Assembly: GCA_964236955.1 (NCBI GenBank)
Contig: CAXSGP010000092.1
Coordinates: forward strand, 1-18,680
From: an uncultured Oligoflexus sp.
GTDB taxonomy: Bacteria > Bdellovibrionota_B > Oligoflexia > Oligoflexales > Oligoflexaceae
Reading direction: 5' to 3'
Length of the DNA: 18,680 bases
Numbering within the stretch: the stretch's first letter is position 1; every line of letters begins with the position of its first letter. The translations under genes were made by a program, and so were the position numbers. Under the pieces are notes generated by a model. It was given only the letters and a program-made list of their open reading frames with translations, ran no database searches and was not told where the DNA came from. Positions 1 to 9,255 of the stretch are shown one piece after another.

Positions 1-36
1 AATACGAGTTTGCCTGTACTTTTCAATCACTTATCT

Positions 37-55
37 CAAACGTCAACAGCCCCTA
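37..55. mobile_element. Probable terminal inverted repeat of an IS/MITE-like element extending leftward out of the window (CAAACGTCAACAGCCCC followed by TA)
   Basis: Exact 19-bp reverse complement of 18627..18645. GGGG-ended repeat abutting TA, resembling IS5-family-type ends with TA target sites. No transposase in the window. Confidence 0.6.
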
Positions 56-66
56 TTATAAGCGAT

Positions 67-104
67 AAAAAAATAGCCCCGGAAGTGGCTCCGGGGACTA
101 AAAA
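67..104 (-). terminator. Rho-independent terminator of the TonB-dependent receptor gene
   Basis: Minus strand reads AGTCCCCGGA-GCCACT-TCCGGGGCTA followed by T7, about 20 nt after the stop codon at 127. Confidence 0.85.
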
Positions 105-126
105 TAGAATGGCCTAGGGCCTTCCA

Positions 127-2859
127 TTAGATCTGAAAGCCATAACGCGCATAGTAGAAGCGGCCGATAAGGTTGTGGGTACGGGCGTCGATGTTATCGT
201 TGGCAGCTGCATCCGTAACCGGCGGCTCTTTGTCAGTAACGTTATCGACCCCTAAAGTGACTTTACCCGCTCGTGCAAAGTCATAGCCAACGTGAAGATC
301 ATAAGTTCTCCAGGCATCTAGATTGCTAATATCAGCTCCGTCTGCGTGAAGGCCACTCACATAGTTCAACTGGATGCCGGCATTGACGCTTGCCAGATTC
401 CAGTCGAAGGCGGCTAAACCTTTCCAGCTTGGAATCGATCCCCGACCGCCTGAAGCTTCATCAACGTAGGTCCCGACCACGTTAACCGGTGCGGAAGTCG
501 CATCGGCCTGGTTCTGATAGTTGATGTAATGACTGGCGATGACGTTCAAGGCATAAGTCCCCGAACCGGTATTACGCAGAGTGTAATCAGCGCCGAGATC
601 AAGGCCTTTGACGGAACGTTTGGCAAGGTTCAGAGCATTGGCCTCAATTATAGTAATATTGTTTTGAGTATCGAGGGTTATTTTATCGGCGAAGGTCCCG
701 TTGGCACGGAACTGGTCGATGATAAACTGGGGGCTGGTATCAATCGCGTTTTCCGTGTTGATAACGAAATAATCAGCTTTTGCATTGAAGGCGTTCCCAT
801 AAGTGTAAGCCAGACCATAGGTGTAGGATTTGGATTTTTCTGCCTTCAAATTGCGGTTTCCACCCTCAAGAGCTAGGAACTGGATGATGTTTTCATCCGA
901 TTGAACCGGACAGGCTCCTGCCTCCTGACAAGGGTCATGCAATTGGGCAAAGTTTTCCTGCGTGCCTTGATACAGCTCTGGCAAAGATGGAGCCCGAAAG
1001 CCGGTCGAATATGTGCCGCGTAACGTGAGACCGTCGATGGGGTTGATCTTCAGCCCAATTTTCGGATTGGTGGTGGATCCAAAATCGCTATAGTCCGAAT
1101 ATCGTGCTGCCAGATCAAATTCCACAACCTTACCCGTGGGAATTGAAAATTCAACGTAGGCTTCCCGCAATGTTCGATCGCCGTCCGTTGACTTTTGATT
1201 TGCGCTACCGACGGTATTATACTTTTGCGAGTTGGCATCGGTATTATTTTGGTAGGTTTCATCCCGGATTTCCACACCGGCCGCCATGTTTATCGTCGCA
1301 AAATCAAGTTTCGCTAACTCACCATTGGTGTTAAAGGTGTAGGAATTCATGGTCGTATCAGTCAGGCCGGTGGCGCTTAAGCGCAACCAGCTGGCCTGGG
1401 GCCCATCGATACTCCCATAGGGTCCAAGGACATTAACGGGAACACAACCCAAGGTGGCGAGCGCACCACAGGCTCCCGGTCCACCCAGTCCAACTATCAG
1501 GTTGGACTTATTCACGAGGTTTTGAGTCGTGGATGATACATTAACTTCGCCATGGTTGGCTGAGACGTCCCAGCCCCATTTGCCGATTTCACCCTGTAAT
1601 CCGCCTACGAAACGAAGCGTATCGGACTTGGTATCGATCTCCCTCGGACCGAGTTCTAGGAATCGCTTTTTCACATCGGTCAATACCTGACCGAAGGTAT
1701 TATAGGGATTGTCTGCAGCTACCACTATGCCGCCCGTTTCCCGGTTAGTGAAGAGTGGGGTGGGCGCCATGTTGTATTTACTGAAGGTATTTGTGAATGT
1801 GCTTTCGAAAAAAGCTTTGATACTGGAAGTGACGGCATAATCGCCACTGAGAAAGACGCTTTTTCGATCCTGGGACATCACCGCATCCGTGATTTCACTA
1901 TAATTGTATGCCGAAGCGGGACTATAGGGAATATAGTTACCGGAAGCCGGAGTCGTGCCCACAAAGGCAGGATCGACGATGACTCCCGCTTTCGGGGTTA
2001 CTCCAGCTATGGTCACGTGACTATTTGGAGTGGCTGCGCTTGGACCCAGAATATTTTTGGAAACATCCCGATCACGCGAAGCGATATTGCCTTGCGTATA
2101 GTAGTTCAGCCCAAATACCATATTGCCTTTTTCATTGCCGGTACCATAAACCAAATCATAATTCTTCGTCTCCAGGTCACCGCGTGAGGCCCGGCCAAAG
2201 TATAGATTTACGTCCAGGCCGTCGATATTCTTTCGGGTGATAATGTTGATCACACCGGCGATTGCGTCTGATCCATAAATTGCCGAAGCGCCGTCCTGCA
2301 GAACTTCGATTCTTTCAATGGCGGCAACTGGAATTGAGTTCATATCAGCGGTTTGACCCCCTGCATCCTTAGGCAGGCGCCGACCGTTCAAAAGCACGAG
2401 CGTCGAAGAAGGATCGAGACCACGCAATGCGATATTACCGCTGCCGCCGCTGCCGCCGTTGGTGGTCGTGGTGGTCACCGAATTGCCCACAGCCGACGGA
2501 AGTTGTTTGATAACTTCGGTGACCGTTTCGGCCCCTGAATTAGCGATCTCCTCCCGGCCTACGATCGTTAGGGGGGAGGCAACGTCAAGGTCTTTGCGTC
2601 GAATGCGGGAACCCGTGACCGATATCACCTCAGGCTTGCCCTTGCCGATGGCACCAGGCTCTGGGTTGGCAACTCTTGGCGCAGAGGGGGGGGCCGGCGG
2701 AGAAGGCGTTTCGGACAAGGGAGGAGCCGGAGGAGATTCGGCTGTTTCAGGTGTGGCAGGTGTCGGCGCCAGGTCGTTACCTTCTTTGTCCTGAGCCTGG
2801 GCTGTGACAAGAGAAGAAAGGAGCACAACACTGATTGCGCTGATGATGGAATGTTTCAT
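127..2859 (-). CDS. TonB-dependent outer-membrane receptor (910 aa)
   Basis: Signal peptide ending AQA, Pro-rich linker, TonB box VISVTGSRI, plug motifs LRGL..STLVLLNGRR and IPVAAIERIEVLQDGASAIYGSDAIAGVINIITR, barrel motifs RYSDYSDFG and GFRAPSL, C-terminal GRFYYARYGFQI. RBS GGGGGA at 2863-2868. Confidence 0.96.
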   Translation of the reverse strand: MKHSIISAISVVLLSSLVTAQAQDKEGNDLAPTPATPETAESPPAPPLSETPSPPAPPSAPRVANPEPGAIGKGKPEVISVTGSRIRRKDLDVASPLTIVGREEIANSGAETVTEVIKQLPSAVGNSVTTTTTNGGSGGSGNIALRGLDPSSTLVLLNGRRLPKDAGGQTADMNSIPVAAIERIEVLQDGASAIYGSDAIAGVINIITRKNIDGLDVNLYFGRASRGDLETKNYDLVYGTGNEKGNMVFGLNYYTQGNIASRDRDVSKNILGPSAATPNSHVTIAGVTPKAGVIVDPAFVGTTPASGNYIPYSPASAYNYSEITDAVMSQDRKSVFLSGDYAVTSSIKAFFESTFTNTFSKYNMAPTPLFTNRETGGIVVAADNPYNTFGQVLTDVKKRFLELGPREIDTKSDTLRFVGGLQGEIGKWGWDVSANHGEVNVSSTTQNLVNKSNLIVGLGGPGACGALATLGCVPVNVLGPYGSIDGPQASWLRLSATGLTDTTMNSYTFNTNGELAKLDFATINMAAGVEIRDETYQNNTDANSQKYNTVGSANQKSTDGDRTLREAYVEFSIPTGKVVEFDLAARYSDYSDFGSTTNPKIGLKINPIDGLTLRGTYSTGFRAPSLPELYQGTQENFAQLHDPCQEAGACPVQSDENIIQFLALEGGNRNLKAEKSKSYTYGLAYTYGNAFNAKADYFVINTENAIDTSPQFIIDQFRANGTFADKITLDTQNNITIIEANALNLAKRSVKGLDLGADYTLRNTGSGTYALNVIASHYINYQNQADATSAPVNVVGTYVDEASGGRGSIPSWKGLAAFDWNLASVNAGIQLNYVSGLHADGADISNLDAWRTYDLHVGYDFARAGKVTLGVDNVTDKEPPVTDAAANDNIDARTHNLIGRFYYARYGFQI

Positions 2860-3360
2860 CGGTCCCCCTAAAAAATGCAGATGTGTTCAGACAATTCGTC
2901 TTCTTATGCCTATAGATGAAGATCCTGTAAAAATCTATCCGGTCAACGAGCCCCATGGCTTTTAAGGTTCTGTCAACTTGTACTAGCTTGCGTGGCAGGA
3001 CTTGGCGCTGAAAGAAACCTGTAAGTCCTTTGGAGTAAGGATTTGCTAGAAAAAATGTGGGTCCTTTGCTGCTCTTTTAAGAATTGTCGATTCAAAAAAA
3101 ATACATACCTAAGAGCAAAAAACCCTATTGTCATTTGTCTTAGGATAGGTTTGGGGATCTGGGGACCATCCTTTGAGGGTTGGGCCCAAGCGTGCTAAAA
3201 AGCGGGATAAGCGGTATTTTTCTTTTAACGCGGAGACACTTCCATTGTGTTCAGCAATCCAACAGTCAAAATCGATGATGCCAAGGGGTGCATTGCCGGC
3301 TTTCCCAAAGGGCCAAAGCCGCCCCAAAAGCCTTTGTTACTCAGTCCGTAAGATTTTCTT

Positions 3361-3386
3361 AAAATGTGATTATGATTGCACATTTT
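3361..3386. promoter_or_regulatory. Palindromic candidate operator AAAATGTG-N10-CACATTTT
   Basis: Perfect 8-bp inverted repeat in the divergent TBDR/hydrolase intergenic region. Half-sites are CRP/FNR-like, but the spacer is 2 nt longer than the canonical CRP site. Confidence 0.4.
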
Positions 3387-3491
3387 GCCCGAAGAAGAGC
3401 AGCCACTGCTTGCTTTATCAGGAATTTGTGAGCATGATCCATTGACCGCAGGCCAGCGAATTTATACTTTGTTCATACTATTGAGGACCTT

Positions 3492-5174
3492 ATGAAAAAG
3501 CTTTTTCCCCGATTTAGGACGCCCTTTTTTCGGTGCATACCTGTCGCGGCCTGCCTCGTTATGTCCAGCCAGGGTTTAGCTGCCGATGACGGCAGGGATG
3601 CTGAGACCTTTCGCAATATTTTCCATCACTATGCAAAGAGTCAATTTAGTGATGCCGACATTCAAAAACTTATCTTTAAGCCCAAGCCTGAATTCTTCAT
3701 CACGGGCGACGTTACGGGTGATCCATCGGCAGCTCTGCAGCAAAGGGCAAGGTCCTTTAGCTCTTTTAAGCCCCTTGATCTTTATGCCGATGGCAGGAAA
3801 ACAGCGTTTGCCGATAGCGAAAGTCCCGATAAGGATCTCGATGCCAAACCCATAACGATCGTTATCATTCCGGGTATCTTTGGGGAATTTATTACGCATT
3901 TTCCCTTTCATGAAGTGCTCGCAGACAAAACCAGCGCATTTGCCAAAGAATGGGCTCAGGCCGCTATCGACCATCCCACGGTGGATCCCGTCTTTGATCT
4001 TGAGACCCTGACCACTGCGGCGCGGCCCATGGAAGACATCATTGAGGCTTCCAGCATCGATAATAGCGACGGGAAAGCTGTCATCCGGGTGGTCTATCTA
4101 AAGCCCCTGATCGGGTCGCTCGAAACCTTAGGGACCCTTGAGGATTCAAGTTCGCTTTATCTGCGCCGCCTGAACAAATTGTGGTCGATGCTGGGCCCTC
4201 AGGAAAACGTTTATCTGCTCGGCTATTCCCGCGGTCTCAACGTTGCCCTTGATCTGATCAGTCGCGCGGAAATCAAGCCTGATGCCTACCCCTGGCTAAA
4301 AGACCTGAAAGGTGTGGTGTCTCTTGGAGGGACTCTCTACGGCTCGGATCTGGCGGATGCCGCGCGTAGCCCGGGCCAGGCGAGCTTTGCCTTTGTCGAG
4401 AGGATTCTGACCTTGGCCGACACTCTCCAGGTCCTTCCTGAGAATGCCAGTCTTGGCGATAAGATTTCGGCGGTTAGCAAAAACACCGCTGCGTGGGCCG
4501 GCGCCATGATGGATTTGTTGGCGATTGGCGCTAAACGGCCTCCTTATGATGGATTGATGCTTGAGAACATCGCCACCGATTCTCCAAGTCCCTCAGCGTT
4601 TGCCGAAATTTTCAAAACCTTTGCGTTTGAAAAATTCAAGGTGACCGTCGGCTCGGAGTATTCCAATAATGTTGCCAAATTTAAATATCTCGTCAAAGAA
4701 ACCCTGGAAGGCATCGAGACCCTGACTAAACAATCCAGTCTGGAATGGGCAAAAAACCATATTATTGCCAGCCACCTCAAATATTTTGTCATTCAAGGCA
4801 CCATGGGTGACCCGAGTTCCAGGCTTTTCGCCAAGAATGAATTGGCTCAGGATTCGGTAAGCTTTAACACCCATACCCTTGATTATAAAGCCCTGCGCCT
4901 TAGCTATTATGATTATATGGCCTTTGAAGGCATGGCGATCAACGATTCCCAGGTTTCTCCCGATCGATCGGTATTTTGGCCTGAGCTGCACATGGCCTTG
5001 AATCCAAGTCAGAAACCCTTCGAGGCCCGGCTCATAGCGATCCTTGGAACCGATCACTGGGGCATGTCCTTTCCCGTTGCCCTGGAAAGTAAAAACAAGG
5101 AGATAAGTCCTTACCCTAGAGCCTTATTGCTGAAGTCCTTGGGAGCATTTTTAGCCAAAGATTTAAATAAGTGA
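3492..5174 (+). CDS. Secreted alpha/beta-hydrolase (lipase/esterase-like), 560 aa
   Basis: Signal peptide, oxyanion-type IVIIPGIF, nucleophile elbow GYSRG (4221-4235), candidate Asp in NDSQV and His in TDHWG. RBS GAGGA. Confidence 0.8.
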   Translation: MKKLFPRFRTPFFRCIPVAACLVMSSQGLAADDGRDAETFRNIFHHYAKSQFSDADIQKLIFKPKPEFFITGDVTGDPSAALQQRARSFSSFKPLDLYADGRKTAFADSESPDKDLDAKPITIVIIPGIFGEFITHFPFHEVLADKTSAFAKEWAQAAIDHPTVDPVFDLETLTTAARPMEDIIEASSIDNSDGKAVIRVVYLKPLIGSLETLGTLEDSSSLYLRRLNKLWSMLGPQENVYLLGYSRGLNVALDLISRAEIKPDAYPWLKDLKGVVSLGGTLYGSDLADAARSPGQASFAFVERILTLADTLQVLPENASLGDKISAVSKNTAAWAGAMMDLLAIGAKRPPYDGLMLENIATDSPSPSAFAEIFKTFAFEKFKVTVGSEYSNNVAKFKYLVKETLEGIETLTKQSSLEWAKNHIIASHLKYFVIQGTMGDPSSRLFAKNELAQDSVSFNTHTLDYKALRLSYYDYMAFEGMAINDSQVSPDRSVFWPELHMALNPSQKPFEARLIAILGTDHWGMSFPVALESKNKEISPYPRALLLKSLGAFLAKDLNK

Positions 5175-5203
5175 CAGGTGCCAGTTGAATAAGGAGCGAC
5201 TTT

Positions 5204-6244
5204 GTGACGACTATTGAAGAAAAATCGGTCTTAAACCCTTTGACGACTCCTGCCGTTCGGCATGAGGTGCGCGGCAAGACTTATCCTGACGCCAAGAGTC
5301 CTTTGAAAATGGCCAAGAAAGATTGGAAGGAAATCTTCAAACGCGTATGGTCGGAAATCGACGATGACGATATCGGTATGGTCGCGGCAGCGATGGCCTA
5401 CTACTCCCTGTTTGCGATTTTTCCCCTTTTGATCGCCACGGTATCAATCTATGGTTTTGTCTCTGATCCACTTGAACTTGAAAATCAGATCAATGCGATT
5501 TCACGCATTATACCCAGCGATGCTGCCAAGGTCATCGCCGATCAGTTGCATTCTATCATCAGCAATCCCAATGCGACTCTTGGGATAGGCGCTGTCCTTA
5601 GTATCGTCGTTGCTATCTGGACCGCTTCCTCCGGAACCAAGTCGATGATGAAGGCTTTAAATATAGTCTACGATGAACCGGAGAAACGCGGCTTTATCAA
5701 GCTCAATCTGCATGCCCTGGCTCTGACCTTTGGCGCAATTCTGGCGATCGTGCTTGCCGTTTCGCTCATTGTGGTCCTGCCGATCGTTATGGATTTCATC
5801 GGCATCGGCTCTTTTGCCAACGATGTGCTGCTAGTGGTTCGTTGGCCTTTCCTGGCCTTCTTGTTTGTCTTCGGCATTGCGGTTGTGAATCGCTTTGGAC
5901 CATCCCGAAATACCGCCAAATGGCGATGGGTTTCAGTCGGTGCGATTCTAGGCACCTTAATGATAATGGTCGCGTCCGGGGGTCTGGCTTTTTATGTGAA
6001 AAAATTTGGAAGCTACAATGCGACCTATGGCAGCTTATCCGGAGTCATCATACTGCTGCTTTGGTTTTATCTCGTTTCCTATGCTGTTCTCCTGAGCGCC
6101 GAGGTCAACGCGGAGATCGAGCACCAGACCCTTGCCGATTCAACGGTTGGTCCGGAAAAACCCATGGGACAACGAGGGGCTCTTAAAGCGGATTCCGTTC
6201 CCTCAATGAATCCTCCTACGGTCGATCCCAGCGATGCGAAATAG
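5204..6244 (+). CDS. YihY/virulence factor BrkB family inner-membrane protein
   Basis: Family motifs AAAMAYYSLFAIFP, ALNIVYDEPEKRGF, RWP, YNATYGSLSGVIILLLWFY and AEVNAEIE; about 6 TM segments; GTG start with AAGGAG RBS; 29 bp after the hydrolase gene (likely operon). Confidence 0.95.
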   Translation: MTTIEEKSVLNPLTTPAVRHEVRGKTYPDAKSPLKMAKKDWKEIFKRVWSEIDDDDIGMVAAAMAYYSLFAIFPLLIATVSIYGFVSDPLELENQINAISRIIPSDAAKVIADQLHSIISNPNATLGIGAVLSIVVAIWTASSGTKSMMKALNIVYDEPEKRGFIKLNLHALALTFGAILAIVLAVSLIVVLPIVMDFIGIGSFANDVLLVVRWPFLAFLFVFGIAVVNRFGPSRNTAKWRWVSVGAILGTLMIMVASGGLAFYVKKFGSYNATYGSLSGVIILLLWFYLVSYAVLLSAEVNAEIEHQTLADSTVGPEKPMGQRGALKADSVPSMNPPTVDPSDAK

Positions 6245-6258
6245 CGCTCTGTCGCAAT

Positions 6259-6303
6259 AAGAAAAACGGCGAGCCCGGAGGTATCCGGATCGCCGTTTTT
6301 CTT
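6259..6303. terminator. Bidirectional intrinsic terminator between the convergent YihY and BON-LysM genes
   Basis: AAGAAAAACGGCGA...CCGGA-GGTA-TCCGG...TCGCCGTTTTTCTT: long stem with a T-tract on each strand. Confidence 0.88.
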
Positions 6304-6322
6304 TTCTTCTGGAAGTCTTTTT

Positions 6323-6880
6323 TTAATGCGAAGCAGAGGCCACGGTCAATTCCGCTGGAATTCGGAGAATCTGACCGGGAAAAATTTCATCAGGATCTTT
6401 GAGCATCGGTTTGTTGGCTTCGAAAATTTCGCGATAGCGATTGGCGTTGCCGAGTTGTTCCTTGGCAATCTTCGAGAGAGTGTCTCCCGATTTTACCTGA
6501 ATCATCCGAGCCGGCTGGGTTGAGGCGACGGTAGCTGCGGAGCCTTGACCGCTTCCGGTCACCGGCGCAGTCTGTGATGAAACAGCTGCTGCCTCAGGAC
6601 GGATCAGTGGGGTTGGGGTCTTGGGTACGATCACCAAAGCATCGTCATTAACCTTGTCCACACCCTTATGGTTGCCGACAATCAGACGGGCAATTTCAGC
6701 GTCCTTAAGACTTCCTGCCGTGCCGCCGAGGGTTGCCATACCCTTATCAAGTTTAAGGGTAAAATTTCTGATATCGAGTTGGGCTTTCTGAACGGCCTCA
6801 GTCAGACTTTTTTCCAGATTGTCCTCCTTATCATCTTTTTTTCCAAAACCGATATCCTTGATAAAATCAAATAAACCCAT
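6323..6880 (-). CDS. kbp: BON + LysM protein, Kbp/YgaU family (185 aa from ATG 6880)
   Basis: N-terminus MGLFDFIKDIG, BON segment with VGNHKGVDKVNDD, LysM VKSGDTLSKIAK..GNANRYREIFEANKPMLKDPDEIFPGQILRIP. AAGGAG lies 8 nt before ATG 6880, so this start is preferred over the GTG at 6889. Confidence 0.9.
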   Translation of the reverse strand: MGLFDFIKDIGFGKKDDKEDNLEKSLTEAVQKAQLDIRNFTLKLDKGMATLGGTAGSLKDAEIARLIVGNHKGVDKVNDDALVIVPKTPTPLIRPEAAAVSSQTAPVTGSGQGSAATVASTQPARMIQVKSGDTLSKIAKEQLGNANRYREIFEANKPMLKDPDEIFPGQILRIPAELTVASASH

Positions 6881-7103
6881 GGTACGCACTCCTTAGTCAG
6901 GTTCGTTTCTGTCTTTTCTTTTGTCTTTCTTTAGCGCTACGAACACAAGGAATGTAAATTGGCAAATATCATTAAGTTCTTGAAAAAGATGCTCTTATTG
7001 GCATTTGGCGGTTAAGGTCGGAGGCTGTTCATCAGCGTCAGAAAAAGGAGGCGATGAAGCTTTAGGACTTGAATTGCTTTAAAAAAAGGCAAATTGTGAG
7101 GAT

Positions 7104-7514
7104 CTAGAGTTTGGCCAGTTGAGCCGTATACTCCTGCAATCTATCACGCGTAACAAGAAAACTGCTTTTAATGCGCTCCTGTAGAATACGGCTCGATTCA
7201 AGGTCACTTGCGGACAGACAGCTTTCCAGGTGCCGGCAAAGTTCGACCAGATGTCTGGCTCCCATGGTGGAACTCACGCCACGTAAACGAAAACATGAGG
7301 CAAGCGCCGCCTTGGAGTCGGCAAGCTTGAGGGCCCTGTCGATGTCCTGAATGATGAGAGGCGCCTGCTTCAGATAAATGATACAAAGTTCTGACAAGAA
7401 TTTTCCAACTCCGCCAAGCGGCGCTAGCTTCTCCAGATCGCGAAGATATTCCCTATCAATCACGTCAATCGATTCAGGGGCTGAGGGATTTTTTGAACTC
7501 TCTGGCTTGCTCAC
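7104..7514 (-). CDS. Stand-alone HPt-fold protein lacking the phospho-accepting His (pseudo-HPt)
   Basis: HPt pattern ID...L..L....G..FL.EL..IYL...P..I..I..AL, then CFRLRGVSSTMGA..L..LC..LE. The canonical H-x-L-K-G reads F-R-L-R-G. GTG start with AAGGA RBS. Confidence 0.8.
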   Translation of the reverse strand: MSKPESSKNPSAPESIDVIDREYLRDLEKLAPLGGVGKFLSELCIIYLKQAPLIIQDIDRALKLADSKAALASCFRLRGVSSTMGARHLVELCRHLESCLSASDLESSRILQERIKSSFLVTRDRLQEYTAQLAKL

Positions 7515-7558
7515 ACATTAGTCCTTGTCAACAATATCGTGGCCCTATCCATTTGAAA

Positions 7559-7566
7559 TTATCGGC
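7559..7566 (-). promoter_or_regulatory. Sigma-28-type -10 element GCCGATAA upstream of the HPt gene (no matching -35)
   Basis: Perfect -10 octamer about 45 nt upstream of the start. The expected -35 position does not match consensus. Confidence 0.35.
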
Positions 7567-7629
7567 CTTGAAGCGTCTTCCCGGCAAGCTATTTATTGAG
7601 TATGGCTTGGGATCCGATACGATCCGCAA

Positions 7630-8307
7630 TCACTCGGGATCAAAAGTATGAACGACAGTTCCTTGTGGATTCAGCACTTTAATGCCTGTTACGTTTCCAT
7701 TGGCATCGAGAACCCACTTGGTTTGAAAAGAATCGGCGTATTTTACCGTACGAACGGTAATGCCGTTGCTCACTTCCGAGCTCGATTCGAGGCAGTCCTT
7801 GGTCACCACAAAGGCGGATGAACCCGAAATTGCATAGGGGTTCGATGGCGACCTTGAATCGGCCTGGACCGTGGCAAGCACAGCCGGTGCGCTGAGCCTT
7901 ATCGTCCAGGTATTCATGCTGGGCACCGTCACGGTTAAGGTAGCCTGGCTTACGTTATCCCTGAATATTGAAGGCTTCATGTCGACGATAGGCGATCCAC
8001 ACTTAATTAAAAGGTATTCGAACGCGGAGGATTCCTCCCCATCCGGCAAGCCCTCATCCTTGTCAGGAACATTCCCGCCATCGGCTGCTGATGATTCAGG
8101 ATCAGCTGATGAAGCCGGCGATGCAGGAGGTGCATTCTCAGATCCCCCGGCCGAACTATTTGTAATTCCATTGGAAGCCTTTGATGAATCCGTTTGTTTG
8201 CGACCATTGCCGATTTCCGTACCACAGGCCGACAAAAGCCTTAAGCCAAAGATAAGAGCCGAGAGGAAGCACGTGAGGCGCAGTTTGTGAGCTGTAGACG
8301 GCTTCAT
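7630..8307 (-). CDS. Hypothetical lipoprotein (225 aa)
   Basis: Lipobox LSAC followed by GTEIGNG, a Ser/Ala/Pro/acidic linker and a beta-rich C-terminal domain with two Cys. Start overlaps the upstream stop (ATGA at 8304-8307). Confidence 0.8.
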   Translation of the reverse strand: MKPSTAHKLRLTCFLSALIFGLRLLSACGTEIGNGRKQTDSSKASNGITNSSAGGSENAPPASPASSADPESSAADGGNVPDKDEGLPDGEESSAFEYLLIKCGSPIVDMKPSIFRDNVSQATLTVTVPSMNTWTIRLSAPAVLATVQADSRSPSNPYAISGSSAFVVTKDCLESSSEVSNGITVRTVKYADSFQTKWVLDANGNVTGIKVLNPQGTVVHTFDPE

Positions 8308-9158
8308 ACCTTTGGCACCTTCTTACTCTGAGGAAACATCTGAAAGTTTACCTGCACAACTATCGATTCGGGATTTTCCTTGGCTTTGCTCAACGCCCAT
8401 TTATGGAGTTCGGCCCGTATGTCCTTCAACTTGTGCTTTAACTCGCTCAGATTTTCCTCAGGCACATGAAAGATCAGAGCACCATATTCCCGCTGGCTCA
8501 TCGGCAGATCTTCGAGCATCGTGATGGCCTGCTCCAAAGCATGGCGGTGATAGCTTCGAATCGCCAGGCTGCGAACTTCGTCGGCACTGATCACAACATC
8601 GTCCTTGACCTGCCAGTTGCCTTTGGCGTCTTTGTTGATAAATCCTCGAGTCCTTAGGAAATTGAGGGCATGGGAGATTTCGCGGAAGTCCGTGCGTCCA
8701 TTGAGGCGACGCTCGATCCAGTAAGGATCGTCACGGAATTCCCCCATGGACACCAACTCCCTCAGGACAGGATATATCCAGTGTTGAATATATTCCATTG
8801 CATCGGCCTCAAGCTCATAGCGGCGCGTGACGGGAGTAAGCTGAGTTAATTTTTGAAAGAGCTCGAGCTTTACTTCGTCATCCTGGGCCTGATTAAGCGA
8901 AACGAGGCAACGAAAATAGGCGGCCATTGGCACCGACAGACTGAGAGCTGCAATGAACTGTTCAACCGACTGAGGACTCAGATTTCTCTTGCCTTCGATG
9001 ACCAACTTTAAAAAATTAGGGGAACGAAAGCCAGCCTGCTGAGAAAATTGCCTATAGCTATAACCGCGTTTCCCCTCTTTGCGGGCCTGGTAAAAAGCCG
9101 CGAGGTAGTCCCGGAAGTTGGTATAGCCATAGATACTCGGAATGGTGTCGGCAGGCAT
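8304..9158 (-). CDS. TIGR02147/DUF4423 family protein with N-terminal HTH
   Basis: Characteristic N-terminus SIYGYTNFRDYL..FY...K.....YSYRQFSQQAGFRSPNFLKLVIEGKRNLS, then W.YPVLREL, AIRSYH and C-terminal VQVNFQMFP; 284 aa. Confidence 0.9.
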   Translation of the reverse strand: MPADTIPSIYGYTNFRDYLAAFYQARKEGKRGYSYRQFSQQAGFRSPNFLKLVIEGKRNLSPQSVEQFIAALSLSVPMAAYFRCLVSLNQAQDDEVKLELFQKLTQLTPVTRRYELEADAMEYIQHWIYPVLRELVSMGEFRDDPYWIERRLNGRTDFREISHALNFLRTRGFINKDAKGNWQVKDDVVISADEVRSLAIRSYHRHALEQAITMLEDLPMSQREYGALIFHVPEENLSELKHKLKDIRAELHKWALSKAKENPESIVVQVNFQMFPQSKKVPKV

Positions 9159-9187
9159 GGTTGACCTTCTCTCGGTTGAACCTCATC

Positions 9188-9204
9188 TGTATTCTCGGAA
9201 TAAA
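9188..9204. promoter_or_regulatory. Palindromic candidate operator TGTATTC-N3-GAATAAA upstream of the TIGR02147 gene
   Basis: Perfect TATTC-N3-GAATA core about 30 nt upstream of the ATG. TGTATTCT recurs at 9265-9272, and ATACTCGGAAT (10/11 match) occurs at 9133-9143. Confidence 0.45.
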
Positions 9205-9249
9205 GGGAGAAAAGCTTTAGAAGATAAAAAAATTGTTTCATATCATTGG

Positions 9250-9255
9250 ATTATA
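9250..9255 (-). promoter_or_regulatory. Candidate sigma-70 -10 element TATAAT for the TIGR02147 operon
   Basis: Perfect hexamer on the minus strand about 92 nt upstream of the ATG; -35 is poor. Confidence 0.35.

Noticed and set aside
163..170. GCCGATAA octamers inside coding sequence (also near 18217)
   Set aside because: Intragenic, no -35 element; explained by codon content.
3280..3340. GC-rich segment considered as a c-di-GMP or cobalamin riboswitch upstream of the TBDR
   Set aside because: The conserved core motifs could not be matched on either strand; an Rfam search would be decisive.
3345..3353. TCCGTAAGA shared with 16726-16734 upstream of two plus-strand genes
   Set aside because: A single 9-mer match with no shared partner element; compatible with chance.
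3109..3445. Overlapping 72-aa and 90-aa ORFs in the divergent intergenic region
   Set aside because: Non-ATG starts, no convincing RBS and no recognisable composition or motif.
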